From assembly GCA_964016885.1 (NCBI GenBank), contig OZ024740.1, positions 194,990,001 through 195,054,000 on the forward strand: a DNA stretch of 64,000 nucleotides, given 5' to 3'. The notes under the pieces were generated by a model. The model saw only the letters and a program-made list of their open reading frames with translations, ran no database searches and had not been told where the DNA came from. Positions within the stretch are counted from its first letter, which is position 1. Each line of letters opens with the position of its first letter. Below, piece by piece: positions 12,447-25,315 of the stretch. The position numbers were made by a program, and so were the translations under genes. Source of the DNA: Eledone cirrhosa. Its lineage: Eukaryota.

Positions 12447-12713
12447 GCGGCGATGAATTAGTTTTGCGAGGTTTTTTATGTTGCAGATGTGCAACGAAAG
12501 ATTTATGTAAATTATGTAAACTATATATATATGTGTTTGTCTATATTGTATCTGTATTATTTTTGACCGCCGGTCAGTCAATGGCAACATTGAGGACCGA
12601 GTAAGTTAGATCGCAGATATATATATATAAAAGACAGCGAGAAGCGAAAACCAACCAAACAGTGAGTGTGTTCTGTTATTAATTCTGGCAATATTACGCA
12701 AATATGACCCTCC

Positions 12714-12716
<3 letters not shown>
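12446..12716. repeat. Unclassified TA-flanked repeat; shorter copy at 16836-16950
   Basis: Near-identical GAAGCGAAAACCAACCAAACAGTGAGTGTGTTCTGTTATTAATTCTGGCAATATTA..CTCCCCA in both. Confidence 0.8.
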
Positions 12717-12754
<38 letters not shown>

Positions 12755-13259
12755 CATATACATATATCTATATATATACGTACTTATACATATACATACA
12801 TACTCATAGTTTCTATTTATCTTTTAGAGTTTATTCATATCTTTTGTATAGTTTCTTCACTTTATTTCTCAAGATATTCTGATAGAATCACTAAAATTCA
12901 GAAGAAACCTAAGAAATGAGACACATTAAATAAATATATATATATATTGAGTTTGATGTGTACATTTTATATATTTAGTTATAATTATTATTGATTCATT
13001 TTTATTTTTTGCAAATTTGCTTTCTCATGAAAACATTTTTTATGTAATAGCTTTGTAAAATATACAATGAAATTTTAGAAATAAATTATCTACAATTTTC
13101 TTTGCACCTTAAAAATGTCAAATGGAGAAGCAAGCATCATTATAGTTGGGAGATGAATGACTGATATGTCAACATTAGAAAAATGTTCTTTCCCCTCTCC
13201 CTACATATATATATATATATAGTGCGTGTGGCCTTCGTTGTAGTATCAAATTTAATTTT

Positions 13260-13291
<32 letters not shown>

Positions 13292-13470
13292 GCATGTATG
13301 TATGAATCCTAGATAGTTTAAATTATTAATCATTGAATCATGAAGGAGAGAATGTACATCCTGAATAGATTCACTTACTGTCATATATATATATATACAC
13401 TCACACACACACACAACACAGACAGAGGTAAATTTATGCATATATCTATATATATATATCCACATCATAT

Positions 13471-13660
13471 TTGGATTGGCAGTATCGGTAGAGGGTCGGA
13501 TGCCGTGCTTTGACGCATAGAGTTACGGCCCTTGCCATTCTGAGTTCAAATCCCACCGAGGTTAACTTTGCCTTTCATCCTTATGGGGTCGATAAAATAA
13601 AGTACCAGTAATACACTGGGTAATTGCTGGCCTTGTGCCAAAAGTAGAAACAATTATTAT
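13471..13660 (+). mobile_element. tRNA-derived SINE with Meta-domain-like centre
   Basis: A-box TGGCAGTATCGG, B-box GAGTTCAAATCC, GCCTTTCATCCTTAYGGGGTCGATAAAATAAAGTACCAG, (ATT)n tail. Confidence 0.85.
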
Positions 13661-13820
13661 CAAAATTATCATTATTATTATCATCATCATTATTTATTAT
13701 TAAATCAAATTGTGCTGGAGTGCTGAGAGGATTTTTTAGAGTTAAACAGCAAGTAGCTAGATAGCAACAGAGAATAAGAAAATGTTAAAGAAGCAAAAAG
13801 ACCTCATACAATCACCACCA

Positions 13821-13861
<41 letters not shown>

Positions 13862-14599
13862 AGATTGGATTTTAAAATATATAAATACTGCAATATATTT
13901 TCAAGATGTTTCTGTTGCTTTACATATAGATATGTTTATATCATCATCATCATCATCATTTTTATGCCTGTTTTCCATGTTTGTATGGGTTGCATGACTC
14001 ATTATGTTTCAGGAGACCATGTCTTAGTCAATACATTCCATTTTCGGTATGGGTTCTATGGCTGAATGGCTCTCTTAAATGCCAACCACCTTACAAAATG
14101 TACTGGGTACATTTTATAATGACAGCAGCACAAGAAAGTTGTTATGATTTTGATATGGCTGATTAGTTCTGTCAACCCTTTCAGCATAGTTTCTATAATG
14201 GGATGACCTTCCTAGATACCTACCAATTCAGAGAGTTTGCTGGGTAAATTTCAAGGGAGATTAAAATATTTGCCCCATGTCTAGAGAGGCCTTACTAGCC
14301 TATGTAGTTTAACCACATTACAAAGTATACCAAGTGCTTTTTATCATGGTACTCACTAAAGGCTGTCATAACCATTAGTGTATAAGATGGACAGTAATGA
14401 CTAAAGGGAATTACAGAAGGGAGGGGGTGGGTCACCATTCAAGATGAACATGATCATGAGCAGAGATGGGAAGAGTATATATAGGGAAAGACATGTGGAG
14501 ACATGATGTACTGGAGAAGACTGGAATAGTGGCTCTAAAAATTTTGCAGATAATATATATGTATTAGAATAGGAGTTGGCATAAACTCTATAGAATGTA

Positions 14600-15370
14600 C
14601 ACAATGCAGATCTTGGGTGCACAAGAGGATAGCAGGCAAACTAACAGGAAGGGAAAACTTCATATCAGGGAAATTTGATAGTAGAAGTGTCAGTGATAGG
14701 CACATTTTTCAAATGCAGGTAGGACTTATAGAGATGGTTGATAGCTTCCGATACCTTGGTGATCAGATTAGCAAGGGGGAGGATGTTCCGAGGCCATATT
14801 ATCTAGAATAAGGACAGGATGGAAGTAGTTTAGGGAGCTGCTTTGTCTGTTGACAATGAAGAGTTTCTCCTTATGAACAAAAGGTCAGTTATATGATGCC
14901 TGTGTGAGATACGTGATGCTGCATGGTAGTGAAACATGGGCAGCAACTGCGGAGGAAATGCGACGGTTGGAGAGAAATGAAGCAAGCATTGACATTGCAC
15001 ATCCATCAGAGCAATGGATGTGCAATGTCAATGTGCGTAAATGACCAAGCATAGATAAGTTGAGAGTGAAACTGTGTACAAGAGGGATAACATGTAGTGT
15101 GTGGGAGAGAAGACTGCATCAGTATGGTCATGTGATACATGTGGAAGATGACTGCTGGATGAAGAAGTACCAAGAAATCCCGGTGGAAGGAAGACGCAGT
15201 AGAGAAAGACCATGAAAACATGGGTGGAGGTGGTGAGAGCTGACCTGAAATCGCTGAAGCTCACAGATGAGATGACGATAGACGGTAATGAATAGGGAGA
15301 TGGTGTGCTGAAGAGGACACATCCCAACCTTGTAAGCAGGGAAAAGCAGACGTATGATGATGATGATGAG
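14600..15370 (+). pseudogene. Old 5'-truncated RTE LINE fragment
   Basis: VHKR..VDSFRYLGDQIS..LYDACVR..LHGSETW with stops; (GAT)n tail. Confidence 0.8.
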
Positions 15371-15587
15371 TGTATGTGTACATATATATAAATCTATTTG
15401 AAAATGTGAGGATATTAACACTTTAAATTTATATATTTATATATATATACACATCATTTGACAACTAATGTATATATATATGAATATTTAATCTATATTC
15501 TATAATAGCTTTTCTTTTAAAGTTAACAGCTTCAATGCAGTTTTATTGACTATAGTCAGTGCTGCCTACACGCGTACACATATACAC

Positions 15588-15669
<82 letters not shown>

Positions 15670-15750
15670 TAGAAAGTAACTATATCGCTGTATCAAACAT
15701 GTATAAACATATATATGCATGTTTGATACACCCATATAGTTACATCCATA

Positions 15751-16801
15751 CATCATCATCATCATCATCATCAACGTTTAATGTCAATCTTCCACGCTTG
15801 CATGGGTTTGGACGGGAGTTTTCCCACTTGGGGCAAGAGTGGTTGTCTTGCTCACATAGGACTGTCTGGCGGGTTTTCTACGGCTGGATGCCCTTCCTAA
15901 CACCAACCACGTTTACAGTGTGGACTGGGAGGTTTTTACCGTGTTACCTACATGGCCACATTACAGCGTGGACTGTGTGTTTTTTTGTCGTGACACCTAC
16001 ACGACCTCATTTGTTTCGGCCTGGATGGTGTGGTACCAACATAACTTTACATTGAAAGGGGTAGTGGAACGGGGGTGTATTTTGTTAGAGGTGCCTACTG
16101 ACATTAGTAGATTTCACTTTGTACTTAGGTAAGGCGGGTCTTCTGTATTACTGTGTAGCGCCAAAGATCTTGGTCCAGTGACATTGTCTTGGAGAGGTGT
16201 AAGTGTGTGAGGTCGGAATTTATCACGCCGTCCCAGGTTTTTCTGGGTCTGCCTACTCCGTGGCTACCGTCTATTTTTATTGCCCTGCACTTTTTTATAC
16301 AGCTGTCGTCTTTCATGCGCATCACGTGACGATACCAACGTAGTCTTCTCTCGAGGAAAAACATCTGATCCCTCTTATTTCTAATTTTTCCGTTAGTTCG
16401 TTTATGCTTTGCCATTCACATATATTACTATTACACATCCAGCGGAGCATACAAGCTTCGTTCCTCTCCAGTCTGCGTATATCCTCTGCACACAATGCCC
16501 AGGTCTCACTGCCATGTAGCATTGCTGTTCGTATGCAGGCATCATACAGCCTGCCTTTCATTTTTAGAGAGAACCCTTTAGCGGCTAATAGTGGTATAAG
16601 CTCTCTGAACTTTTTCCATCCAGTTCTGACTCTAGCTGCTGTACTTTCAGAGCACCCTCCACCACTGCTGATTTTGTCACCCAAGTAACGGAAGGTGTCC
16701 ACTATTTCTATAGAACCATCTGTGCAATGGAATGAGCCAGTATTCCGTGGGCACTTGCTGCTACTTATTGCACCAGAGCACCGGCCACATATAAAATCTA
16801 T
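15751..16801 (-). mobile_element. 5'-truncated RTE LINE copy, inverted relative to the adjacent long copy
   Basis: ORFs 16322-16702 and 16125-16415 match the C-terminus of the plus-strand copy; 3' UTR and (GAT)n tail present. Confidence 0.92.
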
Positions 16802-16959
16802 GTAAAATACATATATTATATATATATATATATATAGTTTTGCGATATATTAACTGATATAAAAGACACAGAAGCGAAAACCAACCAAACAGTGAGTGTG
16901 TTCTGTTATTAATTCTGGCAATATTATTACACAAATATGATCCTCCCCAAGTATATATA

Positions 16960-19900
16960 TATATATACTTTATTTAAACTCTTAACCTCTGCTCCCTCCT
17001 ATCTTCCCCCCCCCCCACTATATCCTGCTGGTTCACCCCCAATCCCTTCCTCTCTCTCCAAATATAAAATAAATCCTTTGCAAGTACGAAACCTCAGAAA
17101 CCGCCAACCCTATTCAGGCTAGGCTGCTAACACGGTGTAATGTAGCGTACAAATATTTGTTCATTCTTCTCACCATTTTAATTCCCTAGTCCATTCATCA
17201 ATCTGTATCATTTCTCCCAGAATCCAATCTTTGTTGCTTTTCTATTCGATAATTCTAGCATATTTTTCAAAACAAATCTTGTATTTTTTATGCTCGTTAA
17301 ATTATGCCCAAAATACGGTGATCTTATTTAAACCTTAACCTTCTCGCTAACTACCCAATATCCCTCCCACCCGCCCCCACACACCACCATTATTACGTGG
17401 GCCAATCATAAGTCAGCGGCCTATGCTATCACTTACCTGGTTGCCTTTCGATATGATGGATGGACTACGGAATTCTGGAGAGTTTGAAAAGAAAAAAATC
17501 TGGACAGTCAGTGACAATGCCAAAGATAAAGACAAATTCTCCTCATGCTGCCGGACGAGAATGCAAGGACTCCTCCTCTTTGTTTCGGCCGCGGATGGCT
17601 AACATAACCCCGTCATCCTCACCCCCCACCCAACCACCCCCACCCCCACCGCTCCCACCCTCCAAACGCAATCCAAAACTTCAGAGTTGGTACCATGAAT
17701 GTAGGCACCTTAAAGAGTCGCTCTAACGAGGTTGTAGAAATGCTTGAATGTAAGGAGGTTGATGTTTGTTGTATTCAAGAGACCAGGTGGAGGGGTAGGT
17801 CTGCTAGATTCATTGTGGGTAAAGAACGATGCTATAAGCTTTTCTGGGTGGGAAATGACAATGGGCTGGGTGGAGTAGGAATCATGGTAGCAGAAAAGTG
17901 GGCAGATAAGATAATAGACGTAAATAGAGTGAACGACAGAATAATTGAAATAAGACTTGTCCTCAATAGAACTATGGTGACAGTAATATCTGTGTACGCA
18001 CCCCAATCCGGACTGCCCGGCACTATAAAAGACAGATTCTATGAGACACTGATGCTCACTACCTCCCAAATAACCGACAGTGACTATATAATTATTGCTG
18101 GCGACCTAAATGGTCACGTTGGACAACATTGTGACGGCTATGATGGAATCCACGGAGGCTATGGGTTTGGTACTAGAAATGAGGAAGGCTCCAGAATCCT
18201 GGAATTCTGTGACGCAAATAACCTAACTATCTGTAACACTAACTTCAAAAAACGAGACAATCACTTGATTACCTATAGATCGGGGGAACACACAAGCCAG
18301 GTAGATTATATCCTTACCAGGAGACGTGACAGAGTGTCTGTTGTAAACACTAAATCCCTCCCCCATGAAGAATGCACTTCTCAACATAGACTCATAATTA
18401 GCGACCACATAGTCAGGACGAGACGTACTGGACAACAGAAGAGGACTATCCTCAGGAGAAAAATATGGAAGTTAAAAGACCCCACAGTCAGTAATAAATT
18501 TAAAAGCATATTACTTGAGGCTTTTGATAGTAAAGAAGAGCAATTAGAGTTGTACAATATAGAGGAACAGTGGGAATTCCTGAAAGCTAACCTACTGAAG
18601 GCGACAGATGAAACCTGTGGCTGGAGCAGACCTATAGGCAGGAGGAGAGTAACTTGGTGGTGCAACAGTAAGGTGGAGGCGTCAATCAAGGCCAAAAAGC
18701 AGGCTTGGAAAGCATGACAGGATGGGGGAAGTAGAGAAGACTATCAAGTGGCCAGGAGGGAAGCTAGGAGACAAATGTACGTAGCAAGAAGGGAATCAGA
18801 GGAAAGACAGTTCAAGCATGTTCTACAATGCGAGGACCAAAAACGTGAGGTGTTCAGGATTGCTAGGCAATGTGTCAAGAAAAACAGTGATATTGTCAGT
18901 GAGAAGTGTGTCCTTAATGATGATGGTGTACTTGCCATCACTGACGCTGATAAGAAGGTAGCTTGGAAGTGTCACTATGAAAGGCTACTAAATGAGGAGA
19001 ATAATTGGGAGAAAGACAGTCTCCCCCACATCGACCCAATAGAGGGACCAGCAGTGCAAGTTGAAGGTAGTATAATAAGTAAGGCGATCAAAGACATGAA
19101 AATGGGCAAGGCGGCCGGGCCTTTGGAAATAGTTGCTTAAATGCTGAAAGCACCTGGAACGGTGGGACACACTATGGTCACCCGGATAGTAAACCAAGTC
19201 ATACAGAATGGGGTCGTTCCGAAGGACTGGCGGAGCAGCATCATCATTAACTGCTACAAGGGTAAAGGTGATGCCCTAGATAGGGGAAACTATAGAGGCA
19301 TTAAATTAATTGACCAGATCATGAAGGTCACAGAAAAAGTAATAGCGCAACTAATCAGAGAGTGAATTGATCTAGACGAAATGCAGTTCGGGTTTGTGTC
19401 AGGTAAAAGTACAACAGACGCTCTCTTCATTGTACGACAACTACAGGAGAAGTACCTAGCTAAAGGTAAACCCCTATACTTAGCTTTTGTTGACTTGGAG
19501 AAAGCCTTTGACAGAGTACCCCACTCGATTATCTGGTGGGCTCTTAGAAAACTAGGTGTTGATGAATGGCTTGTGAGAGCTACACAAGCCATGTATAAAG
19601 AAACAGTCAGCAAGGTTAGAATTAACAACGAATATAGTGAAGAGTTTAGCGTAAAAGTTGGTGTTCATCAGGGGTCCGTCCTTAGCCCCCTACTATTTAT
19701 TATTGCCCTTCAGGCTATAACAGAGGAGTTCAAGACCGGCTGCCCATGGGAACTCCTATATGCAGATGATCTAACGCTCATAGCTGAATCAATGGCTGAA
19801 CTAGTGAAGAAATTCCAAACATGGAAGCATGGCCTAGAATCAAAAGGCCTTAAAGTTAACTTGTCTAAGACTAAAGTACTAGTTTGTAGGAAGGAAAATA

Positions 19901-20733
19901 GGGCACCGGTCCCATCTGGGAAATGGCCATGCTCAGTGTGTAGGAAAGGAGTAGGCAGAAACTCCATTTTATGTCCCAAATGCAAAGTATGGGTGCATAA
20001 AAGATGTAGTGGGATCACAGGTAAGCTAACTAAGAATATAGATTTTATATGTGGCCGGTCCTCTGGTGCAATAATTAGCAGCAAGTGCCCACAGAATACT
20101 AGCTCATTCCATAGCACAGATGGTTCTATAGAAATAGTGGACACCTTCCGTTACCTGGTTGAGAAAATCAGCAGTGGGGAAGGGTGCTCTGAAAGTACTG
20201 TAGCTAGAGTCAGAACGGGATGGAAAAAGTTCAGAGAGCTTATACCACTATTGGCTGCTAAAGGGTTCTCTCTAAAAATGAAAGGCAGGCTGTATGATGC
20301 CTGCATACGAACAGCAATATTACATGGCAGTGAGACCTGGGCATTGTGTGCAGAGGATATACGCAGACTGGAGAGGAACAAAGCTTGCATGCTCCGCTGG
20401 ATGTGTAATAGTAATATACGTGAACGGCAAAGCATAAACGAACTAAGGGAGTAATTAGGAATAAGAGGGATCAGATATTGTTTACTCGAGAGAAGACTAC
20501 GTTGATACCATCACGTGATGCGCATGAAAGACGACAGCTGTATAAAAAAGTGCAGGGCGATAAAAATAGACGGTAGCCACGGAGTAGGCAGGCCCAGAAA
20601 AACCTGGGACGACTTGATAAATTCCGACCTCACACACTTACACCTCTCCAAGACAATGTCACTGGACCGAGATCTTTGGCGCTACACAGTTATACAGAAG
20701 ACCCGTCTTGCCTAAGTACAAAGCGAAACCTAC
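16960..20733 (+). mobile_element. Near-full-length RTE-clade LINE
   Basis: C-rich 5' region, then a single EN-RT frame; its own 3' UTR is replaced by a second fragment. Confidence 0.9.
17695..20715 (+). pseudogene. RTE ORF: APE endonuclease + RT + PHD-type finger; five in-frame stops
   Basis: NVGTL, CIQETRW, YAP, GDLNGHVG, SQVDYIL, SQHRLI (APE); NYRGIKL, QFGF, FVDLEKAFD, GVHQGSVLSPLLF, YADD (RT). ORFs starting 17695, 18748, 19141, 19381 and 20515 are all in one frame. Confidence 0.93.
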
Positions 20734-20734
20734 A

Positions 20735-21770
20735 TATACCACTATTAGCCGCTAAAGGGTTCTCTCTAAAAATGAAAGGCAGGCTGTATGATGCCTGCAT
20801 ACGAACAGCAATGCTACATGGCAGTGAGACCTGGGCATTGTGTGCAGAGGATATACGCAGACTGGAGAGGAACGAAGCTTGTATGCTCCGCTGGATGTGT
20901 TTATAGTAATATATGTGAATGGCAAAGCATAAACGAACTAACGGAAAAATTAGAAATAAGAGGGATCAGATGTTTTTCCTCGAGAGAAGACTACGTTGGT
21001 ATCGTCACGTGATGCGCATGAAAGACGACAGCTGTATAAAAAAGTGCAGGGCAATAAAAATAGACGGTAGCCACGGAGTAGGCAGGCCCAGAAAAACCTG
21101 GGACGGCGTGATAAATTCCGACCTCACACACTTACACCTCTCCAAGACAATGTCACTGGACCAAGATCTTTGGCGCTACACAGTAATACAGAAGACCCGC
21201 CTTACCTAAGTACAAAGTGAAATCTACTAAAGTCAGTAGGCACCTCTAACAAAATACACCCCCGTTCCACTACCCCTTTCAATGTAAAGTTATGTTGGTA
21301 CCACAACATCCAGTCCGAAACAAATGAGGTCGTGTAGGTGTCACGACAAAAAAACACACAGTCCACGCTGTAATGTGGCCATGTAGGTAACACGGTAAAA
21401 ACCTCCCAGTCCACACCTCTAACAAAATACACCCCCGTCCCACTACCCCCACCCATCCACACCACCCCCTTAAATGTGAAGTTATGTTGGTACCACAACA
21501 TCCAGGCCGAAACAAATGAGGTCGTGTAGGTGTCACGACAAAAAAAACACAGTCCACGCTGAAATGTGGCCGTGTAGATAACACGGTAAAGACCTGCCAG
21601 TCCTCACTGTAAATGTGGATGGTGTTAGGAAGGGCATCCAGCCGTAGAAAACCCGCCAGACAGTCCTATACGAGCAGGATAACCAATCTTGCCTCAAGTG
21701 GGAAAACTCCCGTCCAAACCTATGCAAGCGTGGAAGATGGACGTTAAACGATGATGATGATGATGATGAT
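20735..21770 (+). mobile_element. Second RTE 3' fragment joined in tandem, with duplicated 3' UTR block and (GAT)n tail
   Basis: Restarts at IPLLAAKGFSLK (cf. 20241); ORF 20919-21209 is identical in protein to 16125-16415. Confidence 0.92.
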
Positions 21771-24326
21771 ACATATTATAAATATAAATATATAGATATC
21801 TATATATATATATATACATACATATATATATATATATATATCTATATATATATATATAGACTACATGGTTTCACGCAGGAATTCCCCACATCCTTTTCAA
21901 ATGTTTCTTTTAGGGACCTATAAGTTTGTATAGGGACCCTAATCAGTTTTAGGTTCAGTTTTTGTTATTTTTAATAGAGTGGGCGAAAGTTTTCCCTTCG
22001 GTTTTCACCGATGGGTTGTTCGTGATGGTCTCCATTAGTGTTTTGTTTTCAGTGTTTATGTAAGTGTAAGTGTAATTTTCTTGTGTTGGGTTTGTTTTTG
22101 TCTGTAGTTCTTGTGTGTGCTTTCATTTTGTTGTAGGTATTGTTTTCAGGAGGTGGGGGTTTTGTTTGTGATGTTTTTGTTGTTTGTGTTGGTGGTTGTA
22201 TGTTTGTGGTTGTATGTTTGTGGTAGTGTTTGCTGGTTTTTTGTTTTTGTGGTGTCTTTTCTTTCTTTTCGAGCGTTAGGGTTCTCCCTCGTCTTCATTG
22301 GGTGATGTCGAGATAGCCTCATCTGTTGTATCGTCTGTGTGATTGGGGAGGGGTATGTCTTGGGGAGCTGTTGTCTGTATGTGATTTTGCAGTGGTTTTA
22401 GGTGGAGTGGGGTTGGGTGGGACTGTGTTTGCAGTTTGGTTTGTTTTTGTTATTTTTGTGTGTTGTTGTTGTTGTGGTGGTGGTGGTTGTGGTGGTGGTG
22501 GTTGTGTTGTTGTGTTGGGTGTCGCCAGTAGTGCCTTTTCTTTAATGCAGTTAATTGAGGACAGGAAGCCCTCAGGTGACCACTGCTTAAACGCTGGTAA
22601 CATGAATGCTGCCTACCCTCAACAGAAATGTTTATGTAGGAATTTCCATCCAAAGGCACACGTTGTGGTATTCTAGCTATCCGTTCTGGTCTCATTTGGA
22701 CCAGAACTTCTAAGCTTGTACCTTAATTCAACAATATGGTGCCGTCATAATAACAAAGGTACCATTAACAAAGACTTTTACTGGCAGCATAGCAATTAGA
22801 AGGTGGAGTTACTAGTTTATATAAAATGCAATATCTGTTCAAGACAGACTTTAGACAGGTCTATCTTGAGATCTGGAGGCTCATCAGGCCAGTGATTATC
22901 CTAGTTTCCATGGCATGAATAGAATGAGAGTAAAATACTCCCTCCTGGATGCAATCCATTGCAGGGTTAAATGCCTACCTAGTGCTGGTACTTATTTTCA
23001 GCTGAATATACTGCAGCAATGTGAAATGAAGTGTTTTGCTCAAGAACACAACACTCAACCTAGTCTAGGAATCAAACCCACAACATTATGATTCTAAGTC
23101 CAACACCCTTACCACTCATTTTATTTCCTAAACTTTAAAATGCAAGAAATGTGAAAACTTAAACCCACCATACATGCTATCTGTAAGAGATGTGTGTAAG
23201 CTTGTCAGTGCATGTGTACATGTGTACGCCTGCATGTATAAATGTGTGTGTATGTGTAACATCTGCCAAATGCCTGGTTAACCTGAAATATTTAAGTATT
23301 AACAGCATAGGTCATCAACTTTTTTTCACAAAGTTCTTTGAAGATGAAATATTTTGACATGACTTTATACTACACTGAATATAGTAAGACATGTTTCAAT
23401 TTCTCAACTGGAAATAAATACATATTCACTCAAACTATCTTGATAATAATTGCTCTCTTCTTAATTTCTACTACCCCAGCCCATACTTCCATCAACAAGC
23501 CTGCTTATAATCAAAATGGTTTACCATTCATAATTTATTTCAATTCAGCCTTTGCTCCCTTGAGTGTCTGCCTTTCATCATCATGTATTAGAGTCCTAAT
23601 CTTCAAACATCATAAATCTGTTCTGTTTGTTAATGTAGCATGAATCCACTTCCATCCCTTATAATCAAGAGCCATTTCCTATTTCGTGATTTCCAATGAT
23701 TTTCAATAATTTCTTGTGAATTATTACTACTCGTTCTCAGCAACATTTCTCTTATGTGTGGATTATTTCATGCTGTTGTCCCCCACCAACCTTTCTGTAC
23801 ACATTCAACCTCACCTATCTTGACAATCTCCTTCTATTCAATATCAAATGACTTTCTCTCTTAGCTAGCTTTATTCTCTCTCTCTCTTATATATATAGAC
23901 ACACCTGATCAACGAAACAATTGTCAATACTTTAATTAAGCCCTTATTGTACAGCCAACCATGTTACTCTTCTTTCTTTAACTATATATATATATATATA
24001 TATAAACACACACTCACACACACACATGTATATATATATACATTTTAAAGTTGAGACAGTAAACAGAAAACAAAAAAAACAAAAAAATGTGGAAGCGAAG
24101 AGGCAGTACAAATGTTAATATTAGTTTCACGCTTGAGAAACATCAGCTTCCCAACAGTTAAAATATATCCCATTTCTTTGCGTGTGTGGTTAATTGGATA
24201 TGCATGTCATGTGTGTGTATATGTGTATCATCATCATTGTTTAACGTCCATCTTCCATGCTAGCATGGGTTAGACAGTATACATGTATATATATATATCA
24301 GAACTAGGGACTGTATATACATGTAG

Positions 24327-24350
<24 letters not shown>

Positions 24351-24359
<9 letters not shown>

Positions 24360-24771
24360 TAAACAAATAATGAATAAACAATGAAACAGTTCCTTATATT
24401 AAACAAAAAAAGTTCATTATTTAACGATCGTTTCTAGGATATATATGTGTTAGAATTGGCATGCATATTCAACAGATCTATGTACAAAATTATACAAAAT
24501 TATACAAACTATCAAGATTAAATATACATACCAACACATATATACGCCGTCTTCAGAAATTATTTCTGAAGACGGCGTATATATGTGTTGGTATGTATAT
24601 TTAATCTTGATAGTTTGTATAATTTTGTATAATTTTGTACATAGATCTGTTGAATATGCATGCCAATTCTAACACATATATATCCTAGAAACGATCGTTA
24701 AATAATGAACTTTTTTTGTTTAATATAAGGAACTGTTTCATTGTTTATTCATTATTTGTTTAATATTTTAT
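24351..24771. repeat. Perfect palindrome, 210-bp arms, 1-nt spacer at 24561
   Basis: ...CGCCGTCTTCAGAAAT-T-ATTTCTGAAGACGGCG...; no arm mismatch seen by eye out to ATAAAATATT/AATATTTTAT. Confidence 0.95.
24559..24706 (+). ncRNA. Type I hammerhead motif with ~115-nt stem II domain (mirror copy on minus in the left arm)
   Basis: ATTATTT-CTGAAGA...GAAAC-GATC-GTT-AAATAAT (7-bp stem I); stem II helices TATATATGTGTTGG/CTAACACATATATA and GGTATGTATATTTAA/TTGAATATGCATGCC with G-U pairs. Confidence 0.7.
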
Positions 24772-25254
24772 CTTGACTCTGTATACCGTTTATCTTTCAC
24801 CGAAAGTGATTTTTCATTACATCTCTTCTTTCCATGATATCCGGAATACATTGAGTTCTTCATACGGATTGGACACTACCGTATACTCTTGGTAGATTTA
24901 TCTACATATATCATCATTTCATCATCATTTCATTTTACATCCGCTTTTTCCCTGCTTGCAAGGGTGGGATGGGAACTGATGCTGGCTTGATTTCTACAGC
25001 TGGATGCCCTTCCTAACACCAACCTCATTTACAGTGAGTGCTGGGTGCTTTTTTGCCGTGGCACCTCCACGACCACTTTACAGTGGAATGATAGGGACAC
25101 CAGTCCCTATCATCTCATTTCTACAGCTGAGTAAACTGGAGCAATGTGAAATAAAGTGCCTTGCTCAAGGAAACAACACATCACCCGGTCTGAGAATTGA
25201 ACTCACAACCTTTCGATTGCAAGGCCAATGCTCTAACCACTAAGCCATGTGCCT

Positions 25255-25315
<61 letters not shown>

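Noticed and set aside
13478-13560. tRNA gene
   Set aside because: A/B boxes belong to a repeated SINE head; no cloverleaf.
17710-20435. Minus-strand ORFs over the RTE LINE
   Set aside because: Antisense shadows of the EN-RT frame.
21858-21950. Possible hammerheads on the minus strand (CTGATTA-GGG..CCC..GAAAC; GAAACCATGTAGTC)
   Set aside because: Core is mutated and stems I and III cannot be closed convincingly.
22111-22695. V/C/G-rich and P/Q/T-rich ORFs
   Set aside because: Low-complexity GT-rich and (GGT/TGT)n sequence.
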